Shown here: positions 26,782 to 36,190 of the stretch, piece by piece | Layout of the letters: each line of letters begins with the position of its first letter | How positions within the stretch are numbered: position 1 is the stretch's first letter | Source of the DNA: Cyanobacteria bacterium auto_48_18 | GTDB taxonomy: Bacteria; Cyanobacteriota; Vampirovibrionia; Obscuribacterales; Obscuribacteraceae | Direction of reading: 5' to 3' | DNA length: 64,000 bases | NCBI GenBank assembly: GCA_036170915.1 | Contig: JAVHQC010000036.1 | Location: 96,001-160,000 of the forward strand | The notes under the pieces: generated by a model | What the model was told of the DNA's origin: nothing | Seen by the model: the letters and a program-made list of their open reading frames with translations, nothing else | Databases searched by the model: none | Position numbers and translations under genes: made by a program

Positions 26782-29574
26782 TTACTGCTTGACAAGAGTG
26801 CCACTGAGGACGGTGACCGCACGCTTAGGTTGGAAATATTTATTCATCGCAGCGTCGACTTTTTCTTTGGTCAGATCGATGTAGTGACTAGAAATATTGT
26901 CTAACTCAGCGGTTCCCAGGCCTAAGAATTCAAACTCAGTCAACACCCGGGCAATACCCAGAGATGACGATAGACCAACCTTAAATGAGCCCAACGCCCG
27001 GCCGCTTTCTTTAGCCAGATCATCTTTGCTGATGCCCCGTTCTAAATAATCGCTCAATGTAGCGTCTACTAGTTGTAGTGCGCGAGCGACGTTGCGTGGA
27101 TTTGCCGAAAGCGAGACAGACCAGGGTGCGCCACCAAAAGCGGTGTCGGCAAAAGTAGAATAGATTCCATAAGTCAAACCGGCCTTATCACGCACCACCT
27201 GACCTAGCCTGGAGGTGATGGTGTCTTGACCAAGGGCAGCATTGGCGATACGAGCGGCATAGAAGTCACTGGCAGCTCTTTTGACTGTACATGGGTGGGC
27301 CATGACAATATCGACACTGGCTTTCTCCGGCAGCTCTACTTCAACTCTGGTGGCACTGGCGGGCAGAGCGCACTCGGGCATAATGATGGCAGCAGGCTCT
27401 TCTCCTTGCCAATCACCAAATTGTTTTTCAATCAACTTCAGCGCCTGGTCTATATCAATATCACCGACAAGCGTAATGATCGTTCCTTTAGGGCTGAACA
27501 GCTTCTTATGTGAGGAATGCAAAATCTTGCTTTGCACACTATCAAGTTCTTTCAACTGCTCGTCAAAATCTTTGTCATAGAACAAATGTTCTTTAGGATA
27601 AAGTGACTGCCTTAGCTTATTCCAGGCCATAGCGCGGGTGTTCATTTTTGACTCCACCACCCTTGCTTGCCACTCGATTTTAGTTTTATCGAGTTCGTCT
27701 TCGGCCAACAGTGGGTTGCGAATAACATCGCTAAGTAGTTCCAGATAATGGGGCAGATCTGACACCACAAGATGAGTGCCCAGGCCTACGCGATAATTGT
27801 CGACAAAGAATTCCAAACCACCAGGAATGCCCATTTCTTCGAGGTTTTCGGCAATCTGCAATTTGTCGTACGATTGCGAACCGCGGGGCAATAAATCACC
27901 GATGATTTCAGAAATAGAGCCGGGAATATGCTGGCTAAAATATCTGCCGGCCTTAATATTGATTGCCAGGCCCACAGATTCGGTGCCGGGATTGTTCATC
28001 AAAATAACGACCATGCCATTGGGCAGAACCACTCTTTTGACTTGTTTCTCGTAGGTGCTGGCAGTCGAAGATTTAAATTCCACAGTTACCGGTGTGGTTT
28101 TTATATCGAGAAATTCTTTTACTTGCTCAGCGGTATAAAGGTCTGCTGCTTTATCTGCCGGGCCGGCGCTAACCAGGCCGGCACCATGGTCGTGGCCTTC
28201 ATGCTTGTGGTCATCACTATCATCGCCAGTCTCATCCATTTCCTCTTGAATCTCTTCTTGATCTTCGCGAGGAATAAAATAGCCAATAGTGCGATTGCTT
28301 CTGACAAAATAAGTCTTAGCTACGCGCATAATATCTTCTTTGGTGACCGCATCAAAACGGTCGTCATAATCCATAAGCCAGTGCCAATCTGCCTTTGACT
28401 CTGCCTCGCCAAGCATGAATGCCAGGCTCGACGGATCAGCTTTGGCAAGAATGGTGCCCTTTAAATTTGAGCATTTGATTCGATTTAATTCCTCATCGCC
28501 CACAGCTTCGCGTGCGAGCCGTTCGAGTTCATCGAGTAATTCGATTTCTACCTTAACCGGATCAACACCCGGATTAACAGTGGCACCAATAATCATCAAA
28601 CCAGGATCTTTTAAGTCATCGTGGCGAGCAAAAACTTCCGCTGCCATAGAAGTGTCGATCAATCTTTTATAAAGTCTCGAACTGCGTTCAAAAGAACTGC
28701 CTAGCAAATGGCGAATGGCTGCCAGCGGATAATTATCATCATGTGTAGCTTCCGGTACGTGGAATCCGATCCACACTCGAGGCATATCTCCAGCCCTGGT
28801 AACTTCAAATCTGCGCTCGCCTTCTTGAGGTGGCTCAGTGGTATAGACCTCAGGAATATCGTGAGGGGCAGTGGGAATAGTGCCAAAATGTTTGTTGATC
28901 AACCCTAAAGCGTGATCTGTGGTGAAATCGCCCAGGGCAATTACAGTGGCATTATTGGGCCAGTAAAAAGTGTTATAGAAATCACGTAGTCTAGCCATAG
29001 GCACGCCTTCTACGTCTGAGCGCCAGCCGATTGTAGGATGGTGATAAGGGTGCTCACGAAAAGCGATGGCATAAAGTTCTTTTTCCAGCGCTTCTTCAGG
29101 ATGATTCTCTCCGCGCTCAAGTTCGTTGCGCACCACTGACATTTCACTGTCATGATCTTCTTGACGCAAGCGCAAATTGCGCATCCGGTCAGCCTCAAGC
29201 TCGACACACATTTCTAGAAAATCGTTGGGCACCACTTCGTAATAACTGGTGCGGTCAAACCAGGTGGTGGCATTCCAGTAAGCACCAATTTGCGTGAGCA
29301 AATCGTCAATGCCATTGCCGCTTTCGGCATTGTGATTTTCGGTGCCCTTAAAAAGCATATGCTCGAGAAAATGGGTGCTGCCAGTGTTGCCAACAGCCTC
29401 ATTGCGTGAGCCGACTCTATAAACAACCAACAAAGTGGCCACCGGTGCGCTGTGGTTCTCAGCAATCAAAACGCGCAATCCGTTTTCCAGCCTGAACTCG
29501 CTCACTCCCTTGACTTCAGATACTTTCTGAGGTGAGACGGGCGAGCCCTCTACTTTCTTGACGGCGTTTACCAT
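26782..29574 (-). CDS. M16 family zinc peptidase (fused two-subunit type, no signal peptide)
   Basis: HFLEHMLFKG (HxxEH), NATT..DRT and LEADRM; second inactive half starting LPNG. Confidence 0.93.
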   Translation of the reverse strand: MVNAVKKVEGSPVSPQKVSEVKGVSEFRLENGLRVLIAENHSAPVATLLVVYRVGSRNEAVGNTGSTHFLEHMLFKGTENHNAESGNGIDDLLTQIGAYWNATTWFDRTSYYEVVPNDFLEMCVELEADRMRNLRLRQEDHDSEMSVVRNELERGENHPEEALEKELYAIAFREHPYHHPTIGWRSDVEGVPMARLRDFYNTFYWPNNATVIALGDFTTDHALGLINKHFGTIPTAPHDIPEVYTTEPPQEGERRFEVTRAGDMPRVWIGFHVPEATHDDNYPLAAIRHLLGSSFERSSRLYKRLIDTSMAAEVFARHDDLKDPGLMIIGATVNPGVDPVKVEIELLDELERLAREAVGDEELNRIKCSNLKGTILAKADPSSLAFMLGEAESKADWHWLMDYDDRFDAVTKEDIMRVAKTYFVRSNRTIGYFIPREDQEEIQEEMDETGDDSDDHKHEGHDHGAGLVSAGPADKAADLYTAEQVKEFLDIKTTPVTVEFKSSTASTYEKQVKRVVLPNGMVVILMNNPGTESVGLAINIKAGRYFSQHIPGSISEIIGDLLPRGSQSYDKLQIAENLEEMGIPGGLEFFVDNYRVGLGTHLVVSDLPHYLELLSDVIRNPLLAEDELDKTKIEWQARVVESKMNTRAMAWNKLRQSLYPKEHLFYDKDFDEQLKELDSVQSKILHSSHKKLFSPKGTIITLVGDIDIDQALKLIEKQFGDWQGEEPAAIIMPECALPASATRVEVELPEKASVDIVMAHPCTVKRAASDFYAARIANAALGQDTITSRLGQVVRDKAGLTYGIYSTFADTAFGGAPWSVSLSANPRNVARALQLVDATLSDYLERGISKDDLAKESGRALGSFKVGLSSSLGIARVLTEFEFLGLGTAELDNISSHYIDLTKEKVDAAMNKYFQPKRAVTVLSGTLVKQ

Positions 29575-29666
29575 TTCTTTGCTAGTTCCTTAATATAGAG
29601 AAATTCTCAGGGTCTAAGATACCGCGAAGAGGGCATCAAAGGCTCGTAACTAGATAAAATTGTAAG

Positions 29667-30959
29667 ATGGTCTCTATGTTTACGCAAAAAAACCGCTCAA
29701 AGAGCACAATATCTCCAGCCTGGGCCGTTTGGGCCATGACCCTGGTCTGCCAGGTTCACCCTGCCACGGCTCAAACTCAACCAACCACCGGGAGTCCTAG
29801 CAATACTGCTAGTACCACCACAGAAGCCGTTGCCGCTGCTATTTTTGATGGAGCAAAATGGGCAAAGCTGACCAAGGCCGGCTCCAATGCTTTCATTAAC
29901 TCCGACTTTGCTGGTGCCGAGCGTAATTTTAAAGCTGCCTTAGAAGAAGTCAAGCGAGCGCCTGCTAATGATTTACGCATTGCTGAAAGTTTCAACAATC
30001 TGGGTGTTCTCTACGTCGCCAGAGCCCTGCCGGCAAAGGCCGAATCATATTTTGAGAAAGCAGCCAAAGTAAGAGAAGCGGCTCTCGGCAGCGGTGATAA
30101 AGATGTTATAGCCGGCCAGAGCAAATTGGCCCAGTTTTATTTGACCAATGGCAAGCGCGACAAAGCCATGTTATTGATCAGCAAAATAGCTGACTATGGT
30201 GATACGGAGTCGCGCCATTTAAACGAGGTGGCCGCGTCCTTTAAAAAGTTAAGCACCTACTACCAAACTCATCGCAAATTAGAAGAAGCGGAAATTGGAG
30301 TTAAACAAGCCGAAGAAAAAACACTGAGCGAAATGAAAGCTCAAGCGGTAGAAACCGCAGTGATGCTTGATGCCGTAGGCAATGCGGTGAAAGATCTGAG
30401 CGGTGAAAAAACCGCATCTCTGGCGGAGCGCCTGTTTAAATCGGCACTGGCGCTGCGCCAAAAGACTTTATCGAGTGAACACGCGGCGCTGGCTTCGTCA
30501 TTAGAAAATCTGGGCAGACTTTATCTCAGCCAGGGTCGCACCGCTCAAGCCGAACCACTGCTCAAGCGCGCTTATGAAATTTCTTTAGCCACCCTTGGCG
30601 AGGGCCGCCGAGAAACTCAAATGCGGCTGGATTATTACGCCCAGGTTTGCCTGGCCATGAACCGCACAGGTGAAGCTGAAGCGCTGTACCGTAAAATATT
30701 AGACTCACAAGAAAAAGGGGCTAAAAAAAATTCGCCTGATTTACTGGCCAATTTTGCCGCTCTTTTAGTCAAACAAGGTAAATGCGCCGAAGCAGTGCGG
30801 TATTATGCCCGTGCTCTCAAGATTCAAGAATCACTGAACGGTCCACAGCACGCTTCACTAGCTGCCTTGCTCGACAGCTATGCTTACGCTCTAAATAAAT
30901 GTAATCGCGGGGCAGAAGCACAAAAATGTTTGGCAAGAGCCAAGTCAATTCGTGGCTAA
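29667..30959 (+). CDS. Secreted TPR protein (kinesin-light-chain-like repeats)
   Basis: SFNNLGVLY, SLENLGRLY...AEPLLKRA and GPQH repeats. Confidence 0.85.
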   Translation: MVSMFTQKNRSKSTISPAWAVWAMTLVCQVHPATAQTQPTTGSPSNTASTTTEAVAAAIFDGAKWAKLTKAGSNAFINSDFAGAERNFKAALEEVKRAPANDLRIAESFNNLGVLYVARALPAKAESYFEKAAKVREAALGSGDKDVIAGQSKLAQFYLTNGKRDKAMLLISKIADYGDTESRHLNEVAASFKKLSTYYQTHRKLEEAEIGVKQAEEKTLSEMKAQAVETAVMLDAVGNAVKDLSGEKTASLAERLFKSALALRQKTLSSEHAALASSLENLGRLYLSQGRTAQAEPLLKRAYEISLATLGEGRRETQMRLDYYAQVCLAMNRTGEAEALYRKILDSQEKGAKKNSPDLLANFAALLVKQGKCAEAVRYYARALKIQESLNGPQHASLAALLDSYAYALNKCNRGAEAQKCLARAKSIRG

Positions 30960-30991
30960 TTAAACTAAGAATCAGGCATTGGGGTAATTTG

Positions 30992-32227
30992 ATGAAAACT
31001 TATGGTATTGCTTTCAAAATAATTTGCTGCGCCTTCAGCCTGCAGATAGCGACGCAACTACCAGCAGTAGCGGCAGAGTCAAAAGAAGCAATTCTTACTC
31101 GAATTACCGGCCAATTAGAAAGCGAGTCGCGGCCCGATGAGGCTGGCTTAAAAGTTCTCGAAAGCGAGCTTGACAAAATTATTGCTGCTAACCCAAGTGC
31201 GGCCGCCTATCACCTGCGGGCCATGATCAAGTTTTACTTAAATGATTATGGTGCATCACTTAACGACTGCAATGCCGCCATAAAACTAGATAGCAGGTAC
31301 AGCAAAGCATACATGCAGCGCGGCGTTGACTATTGCCTGAACGGCAAACCAGAGCTCGGAGTAGCAGACTTTACCAAAGCCATCGAATGTGGTGACAAAA
31401 GGCTCAGTACATATTTGAACCGCGGTTCGGCTGAACAGCAAATTAATAAACACACTGAGGCCATTGCTGATTTTACTAAGGTAATCGCTGGCGATAAAAA
31501 TTTGGAAACCGTGTTATTGGCAAGAATGTTGCGCTCACGATCATATTTGGCGTTGAAAAAATATGAGCTAGCAGCCAAAGATGCCGATCTGGTCATTGAA
31601 GGTAAAACCAGCGGTTTGCCTCCGGAAGCAAAAGCTGAAGTCTATAAAACTAAAGGCAGCGCCATGTTTTTCCTCGAAAAATATCAAGAAGCCATTGACG
31701 CTCTCAAGCTTTCTGCTGCTCTATCTACTGGTGATGCTAAAGGTAGCACCACTTTTATTTTGGCTGCCAGTTATGCCAAACTTGGCGACAAAGAAAAGGC
31801 GATGGAATCACTAAAGATTTCCAAGAAGCTGGGCTACACTCATGCTGACCCGCCACCAGATCGTCCTGTGCATCTGACTTCCAGTAAAGCTGATGAGATG
31901 CTTAAACCCTTAATTGAAAAGGCCAGAGAATCACTGCCCGACGCTAAAAAAAGATTTCTAGATGGTCTACCCAGCGGGTACAAGTTGTCTGTCACAACTC
32001 GCATTCGCGACGGTCGCGGCCGTGTCGAGCAAGTTTTTGTACTGGTAAAGAATTGGAAAAATGACACCATTGATGGTGAGCTTGCCAGCCAGGTCGCACT
32101 GACCGACTATAAAATCGGCCAACCGCTCAAGGTGGCTGAAAAGGACATGCTTGACTGGACAATTTTGAGCCCGCAGGGCACTGAAGAAGGTAACTTAATC
32201 GGTAAGTTTTTAGACTCGCAGCACTAA
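30992..32227 (+). CDS. Secreted TPR protein with C-terminal DUF2314/YegJ-like domain
   Basis: TPRs (AYMQRG, YLNRG); C-terminal ARESLP...EQVFV...DMLDWTI...EEGNLIGKFL. Confidence 0.75.
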   Translation: MKTYGIAFKIICCAFSLQIATQLPAVAAESKEAILTRITGQLESESRPDEAGLKVLESELDKIIAANPSAAAYHLRAMIKFYLNDYGASLNDCNAAIKLDSRYSKAYMQRGVDYCLNGKPELGVADFTKAIECGDKRLSTYLNRGSAEQQINKHTEAIADFTKVIAGDKNLETVLLARMLRSRSYLALKKYELAAKDADLVIEGKTSGLPPEAKAEVYKTKGSAMFFLEKYQEAIDALKLSAALSTGDAKGSTTFILAASYAKLGDKEKAMESLKISKKLGYTHADPPPDRPVHLTSSKADEMLKPLIEKARESLPDAKKRFLDGLPSGYKLSVTTRIRDGRGRVEQVFVLVKNWKNDTIDGELASQVALTDYKIGQPLKVAEKDMLDWTILSPQGTEEGNLIGKFLDSQH

Positions 32228-32347
32228 TGCTGAAATTATCCGATGGTATATAGCTAGCCTTAAATAGTGACGCAATTGCTGGTGTTTCAATCACAGACGC
32301 AGCAGAGCAGTACGCCCTTTTTTCAGCCTACATATGCGCCCCAAAAA

Positions 32348-33958
32348 TTATTTATCATGATCCATTTTACTGTGGTCCATCCCGGGCATTTTGCTGTGGT
32401 CCACGGTCCCCTGCAGTTGGGCAGGGTCAATTCGACCAGCTTTTATATCTGACATCAGTCGGTCATATTCTTTTGGCGGCAAAACCCGCACTAGATTCAT
32501 CATTCCCTGCAGCATAGAACTCCATTGGGGTGCTAGATAATTGTTTTCCGGCCTAGCTACCGCTGCATCCATCGGCATCATCATTAGTTGATCCTGTGGA
32601 TACCCCGGACCCTTTCTACTGTTTGCATCTTTTCCTAGAGTCGATTCTGCTTGAGAGTTGTCTCCCGCTGTATGTCCGATGCTATGAGGTGTAGCTTGGT
32701 CACGATCAACAGTGTTACCCATGCCTCTTCCCATAGCCGGACCCATCTCTTCGCTAGTTGCAGTACCCTGGGTGACGATTCCCATTCCTTCTTCCAGTCC
32801 GCCGCCAGTTTGCATGCCATGCCCCACGTGGGCCATTGGTCCAACCATTGAAACCATGTTATTCATCATGTGGTGAGGCATATGACAATGCAACATCCAA
32901 TCACCTGGATATTTAGCATCAAATTCAATATCCCGCGCCTGAGCAACTCCCACAATCACAGTGTTGCCAGGGAACCAAGCTGATTGAGGTATCCGCCCCC
33001 CTTCAGTACCAGTGACGTAGAACTGATGGCCGTGAAGATGGATCGGGTGGTGGTCCATACCAAGATTGACCAATCGAATTTTCACGCGGTCGCCGAGCCT
33101 CACTATCAGCGGAGTCGTTGACGGCGCGGATTTCCCATTCATTGTCAACCAATTGAATTCCATTCCCATTGAATTTGGTACCGGGTTATTTTGCAAGACT
33201 GCGAATTCCTGTAAGACAATTCCGAATTCCTTGTCCACTGGCGGATTGTGTGGCTTTTTTGGATGAATGACAAACATGCCGATTGCCCCCATCATCTCCT
33301 GCATTGCACCATGTGAATGATAAAAATATGTACCGTTTTGGTGCAGAGTAAAGTCGTAAGTGAATGTTTCACCCGGCTTAACTGGATGCTGGCTAATGTA
33401 GGGCATGCCGTCCATAGAAATGGGAATTTCGAACCCATGCCAATGAACAGTAGTATCCTCTGGCAGGTTGTTGTGGAAAATCACACGCACATGATCTCCT
33501 TCATTTACTTCGATGATCGGACCAGGAACACTGCCGTTATATCCCCATAGAGTTAGCACCTTTGCAGGTCCCATCCCAGAAGCAGGTAAAATTTCTCGCT
33601 TTACTATTTCAGCCTGAAGATGAAAAACCTTTACTCCGTTTTGCATTGTCCACGGTAGATGTTTGATGTCGGGCGTCACTACTGATACTGTCTGTGGTGC
33701 CCGTTGCGATAAAGTCTTAACTTGCGATATCGCCTTTGTGGTCCTCATCTGTGGCTCTTTACGACGAATCATTACATCATGATCCATCTTGCTATGGTCC
33801 ATGGCAGGCATTTCTTTCTTTTCTTGCTTGTTCGCGGGCATTTGCATTTTACTGTGATCCATACCGGGCATATTCATCTTGCTGTGATCCTGTGCAAGTG
33901 CATTGGAAACGGAAATGGAGCCTGCAAGAAAACAGACAAAAAACCTAAAAGCTTTCAT
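32348..33958 (-). CDS. Two-domain multicopper oxidase with Met/His-rich DHSKM repeats
   Basis: VHWHG, YHSH, HHPIHLHGH and LHCHMPHH Cu-binding motifs; GGAG before ATG at 33958. Confidence 0.92.
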   Translation of the reverse strand: MKAFRFFVCFLAGSISVSNALAQDHSKMNMPGMDHSKMQMPANKQEKKEMPAMDHSKMDHDVMIRRKEPQMRTTKAISQVKTLSQRAPQTVSVVTPDIKHLPWTMQNGVKVFHLQAEIVKREILPASGMGPAKVLTLWGYNGSVPGPIIEVNEGDHVRVIFHNNLPEDTTVHWHGFEIPISMDGMPYISQHPVKPGETFTYDFTLHQNGTYFYHSHGAMQEMMGAIGMFVIHPKKPHNPPVDKEFGIVLQEFAVLQNNPVPNSMGMEFNWLTMNGKSAPSTTPLIVRLGDRVKIRLVNLGMDHHPIHLHGHQFYVTGTEGGRIPQSAWFPGNTVIVGVAQARDIEFDAKYPGDWMLHCHMPHHMMNNMVSMVGPMAHVGHGMQTGGGLEEGMGIVTQGTATSEEMGPAMGRGMGNTVDRDQATPHSIGHTAGDNSQAESTLGKDANSRKGPGYPQDQLMMMPMDAAVARPENNYLAPQWSSMLQGMMNLVRVLPPKEYDRLMSDIKAGRIDPAQLQGTVDHSKMPGMDHSKMDHDK

Positions 33959-33994
33959 AGATGCTCCGTAAGAAATCATTTTTTAAATCCAGAA

Positions 33995-35458
33995 TTAGTA
34001 ATGATCAACATTGTGATTTTCGTCCAATGAGCTGATATCGCCCTCTTCCGAGCCCATCATTCCTTGTAACCCAGTCAGCTCTCCATGTTCAAATTGCGAG
34101 CGCGGAAGATCAAGTCCACCACCAAGCAAATATCCGTCTAGCTGAGTCGAGCCCTGCTGCAAACGAACTAACGAAGAGATGTATTTTTGACGCACCTGAA
34201 ATGAGGTGCGCCTGGCTATAAGTACTTGAGGATATGCGGCAGCCATCTGTGCAAACTTTGTTTTTTGCAGTTGATAGGCTTCGTCTGCACGTGGCAAAAT
34301 AATATCGCGATATCGAGTGACAGCGTCAAGAGCCGTGTTGTAGTCTCGCACGGCACCTGCCAGCTGAATACGCAATTGCATTTTCAGTCGGTCTATTTCC
34401 CGCTGGGCAATGAGAAGTTCTGATTGCGCAGATGCTATACCACCAGGGTTACGATTAAAAATCGGCAGAGTTATTCCAACTTGAGCATTAGCCAAAACTC
34501 CTGTGCGCGGTGGTTTTCCAGCGCCACCAGTGTCAAGAAATTCAGTGCTATAACCCATAGCGCCACGAACAAACAGATCGGGCATCGGCTCAGCTTTGGC
34601 TCGTATTACTACCGCCCGCGCCCGTTGAATCTGCGCCTGAGCAGCTTTCATTTGAGGGCTTTGATCAATAAGCCGCTTATATAATTGTGCTTCGTCAACT
34701 GGTCCAAGTCTATCTTCAAGATTGCCTGAGAGCCTAACAGGTGACATCTCAGGAGTGCCGAGAAGTACCGCTAAAGTGCGCCATGCGTGTAGGTATGAGT
34801 TTCTTGCAGATACTACTTCGTGTTCAACTAATTCTTTTTCAATACTGGATTCTAAATAATCGGGCTTGTCGGCCTGTCCTACATTGAACAATTCAGAAGT
34901 GGTATTAGTTGCATCCCGTGCTAAGGTAGCTAACTCGTTCTGTAAATCAAGCATTTCTTGTGCGCCTAATACCCGATAAAACAATCCGCGAATGGTATTC
35001 AAAACACGCTGTTTCTGACTTTCAGATTCAATTCCAGCTTGTGTAACTTCAGCGCTATACACGTCTCGCATTTTGCGTAGTTTGCCGCCAAGTGGAATGG
35101 TCTGAACGACAAAGCCTAAGTATGTGGGCTTTTGACTAAGTGCACGAAATGCAAAATTCTCCACTTCGCCACCAACCACAGGATTAGGCAAGAGTCCGGC
35201 TTGTTTTCGTCTCCCTTCAGCTCCCCGAACCATTGATTCAGCTTGTGCCAGAGTAGGATTTGTCTTAATCGCCAGCTGTTCGATTTGTGTTAGTGACATA
35301 GAAGAGGCAGGTGACGACAGCGTTATGGCCTCTCGCAGCTGGAGTTTGGGTTGTAGCTCAGGTTTAGGTTGTACACCTTGCGCCTCCACAACGCCATTAG
35401 TAATCGTAATTGCAACAGCAAAAACTGCGGCGGTTGACTGTTTCGCTAATAATTTCAT
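33995..35458 (-). CDS. TolC-family outer membrane efflux protein (CzcC/CusC-like)
   Basis: AIKTNPTL, AGLLPNP, IPLGGK and LPIFNRNPG; signal peptide. Confidence 0.88.
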   Translation of the reverse strand: MKLLAKQSTAAVFAVAITITNGVVEAQGVQPKPELQPKLQLREAITLSSPASSMSLTQIEQLAIKTNPTLAQAESMVRGAEGRRKQAGLLPNPVVGGEVENFAFRALSQKPTYLGFVVQTIPLGGKLRKMRDVYSAEVTQAGIESESQKQRVLNTIRGLFYRVLGAQEMLDLQNELATLARDATNTTSELFNVGQADKPDYLESSIEKELVEHEVVSARNSYLHAWRTLAVLLGTPEMSPVRLSGNLEDRLGPVDEAQLYKRLIDQSPQMKAAQAQIQRARAVVIRAKAEPMPDLFVRGAMGYSTEFLDTGGAGKPPRTGVLANAQVGITLPIFNRNPGGIASAQSELLIAQREIDRLKMQLRIQLAGAVRDYNTALDAVTRYRDIILPRADEAYQLQKTKFAQMAAAYPQVLIARRTSFQVRQKYISSLVRLQQGSTQLDGYLLGGGLDLPRSQFEHGELTGLQGMMGSEEGDISSLDENHNVDHY

Positions 35459-35529
35459 ATAAACCTAGTTTTGTTTTCGCTGAGGTGAAGTGCATTTGTC
35501 CTGCGGCGTGGTCAAATTTTATTTCAAGA

Positions 35530-35562
35530 TGAAGCGGCCAAGGCAGAGCCTCAGCCGCTTCA
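35530..35562. other. Stable intergenic hairpin between the Cys-rich gene and tolC
   Basis: TGAAGCGGC / GCCGCTTCA stem with inner AGGC / GCCT. Confidence 0.65.
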
Positions 35563-35579
35563 CACATGGTGTGCGCTAA

Positions 35580-35840
35580 TTATCCGCAGCAGGCCGCGTC
35601 TGAATCGCAACATGGTGCTTCAGCTGCGCAGCAATCAGAAGCGCTTGTCTTAACTTGCTGCTTGTCTGCGTTCTTAACTTCCGCATCACAGCAAGAAGCT
35701 GTTCCTGAAGAACAACACGAAGCTTGCACTTCGCAGCACGATGACGCTTTTTCGGGAGTCGAGGCCTGGCTAATTGCAGGCAGCAAGCCAAAAGCAGCTA
35801 GTGCTAAAGCGATTGCGAATAAGCCAATATTAGATTTCAT
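35580..35840 (-). CDS. Small secreted Cys-rich (6 x CC) metallothionein-like protein
   Basis: AAGGAG SD; signal peptide ending SQA; SSCC, ASCC, ASCC, SDCC, APCC and AACC. Confidence 0.8.
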   Translation of the reverse strand: MKSNIGLFAIALALAAFGLLPAISQASTPEKASSCCEVQASCCSSGTASCCDAEVKNADKQQVKTSASDCCAAEAPCCDSDAACCG

Positions 35841-35918
35841 AAGTAAAACTCCTTGAGAAAAACACATTAATAGGGCGCTCTGATTAAAAGCGCGTCAAAA
35901 AGTTGCCAGATGTGCTTT

Positions 35919-36113
35919 TTAGATCAGGAGTGAACGCTTAAGTAAATAAAGCTTGTTGCTAGCTAAATGAAGTGGATCGCTCCACAATTCAAAGGTTGTC
36001 GATGTGGCGGCTATCTCTGAGATTAGAGACCCCGGAGCAATAGGTGTAATGTGCAGCAATTGGGAGTATCGTAAGTCGAACTCAGCAGCTGGGAAGGCCG
36101 CAGGTGCATGCCA
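35919..36113 (-). pseudogene. Short or truncated leader-like reading frame ending ...NKLYLLKRSLLI*
   Basis: Manual translation; frame open 36113-35919 with no ATG (TTG at 36059 gives 46 aa). Confidence 0.35.
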
Positions 36114-36190
36114 CTATGGGAAGCGCTAACTATTAGGGGTTCGCCCCTGTTAATTAGCGCGTACATTGAAGTTACAGGGGACTTCACATC

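Noticed and set aside
35566..35856. Alternative overlapping ORFs (35566-35856 +, 35576-35791 -)
   Set aside because: The 35580-35840 frame has the SD, signal peptide and CC pattern; the others are shadows
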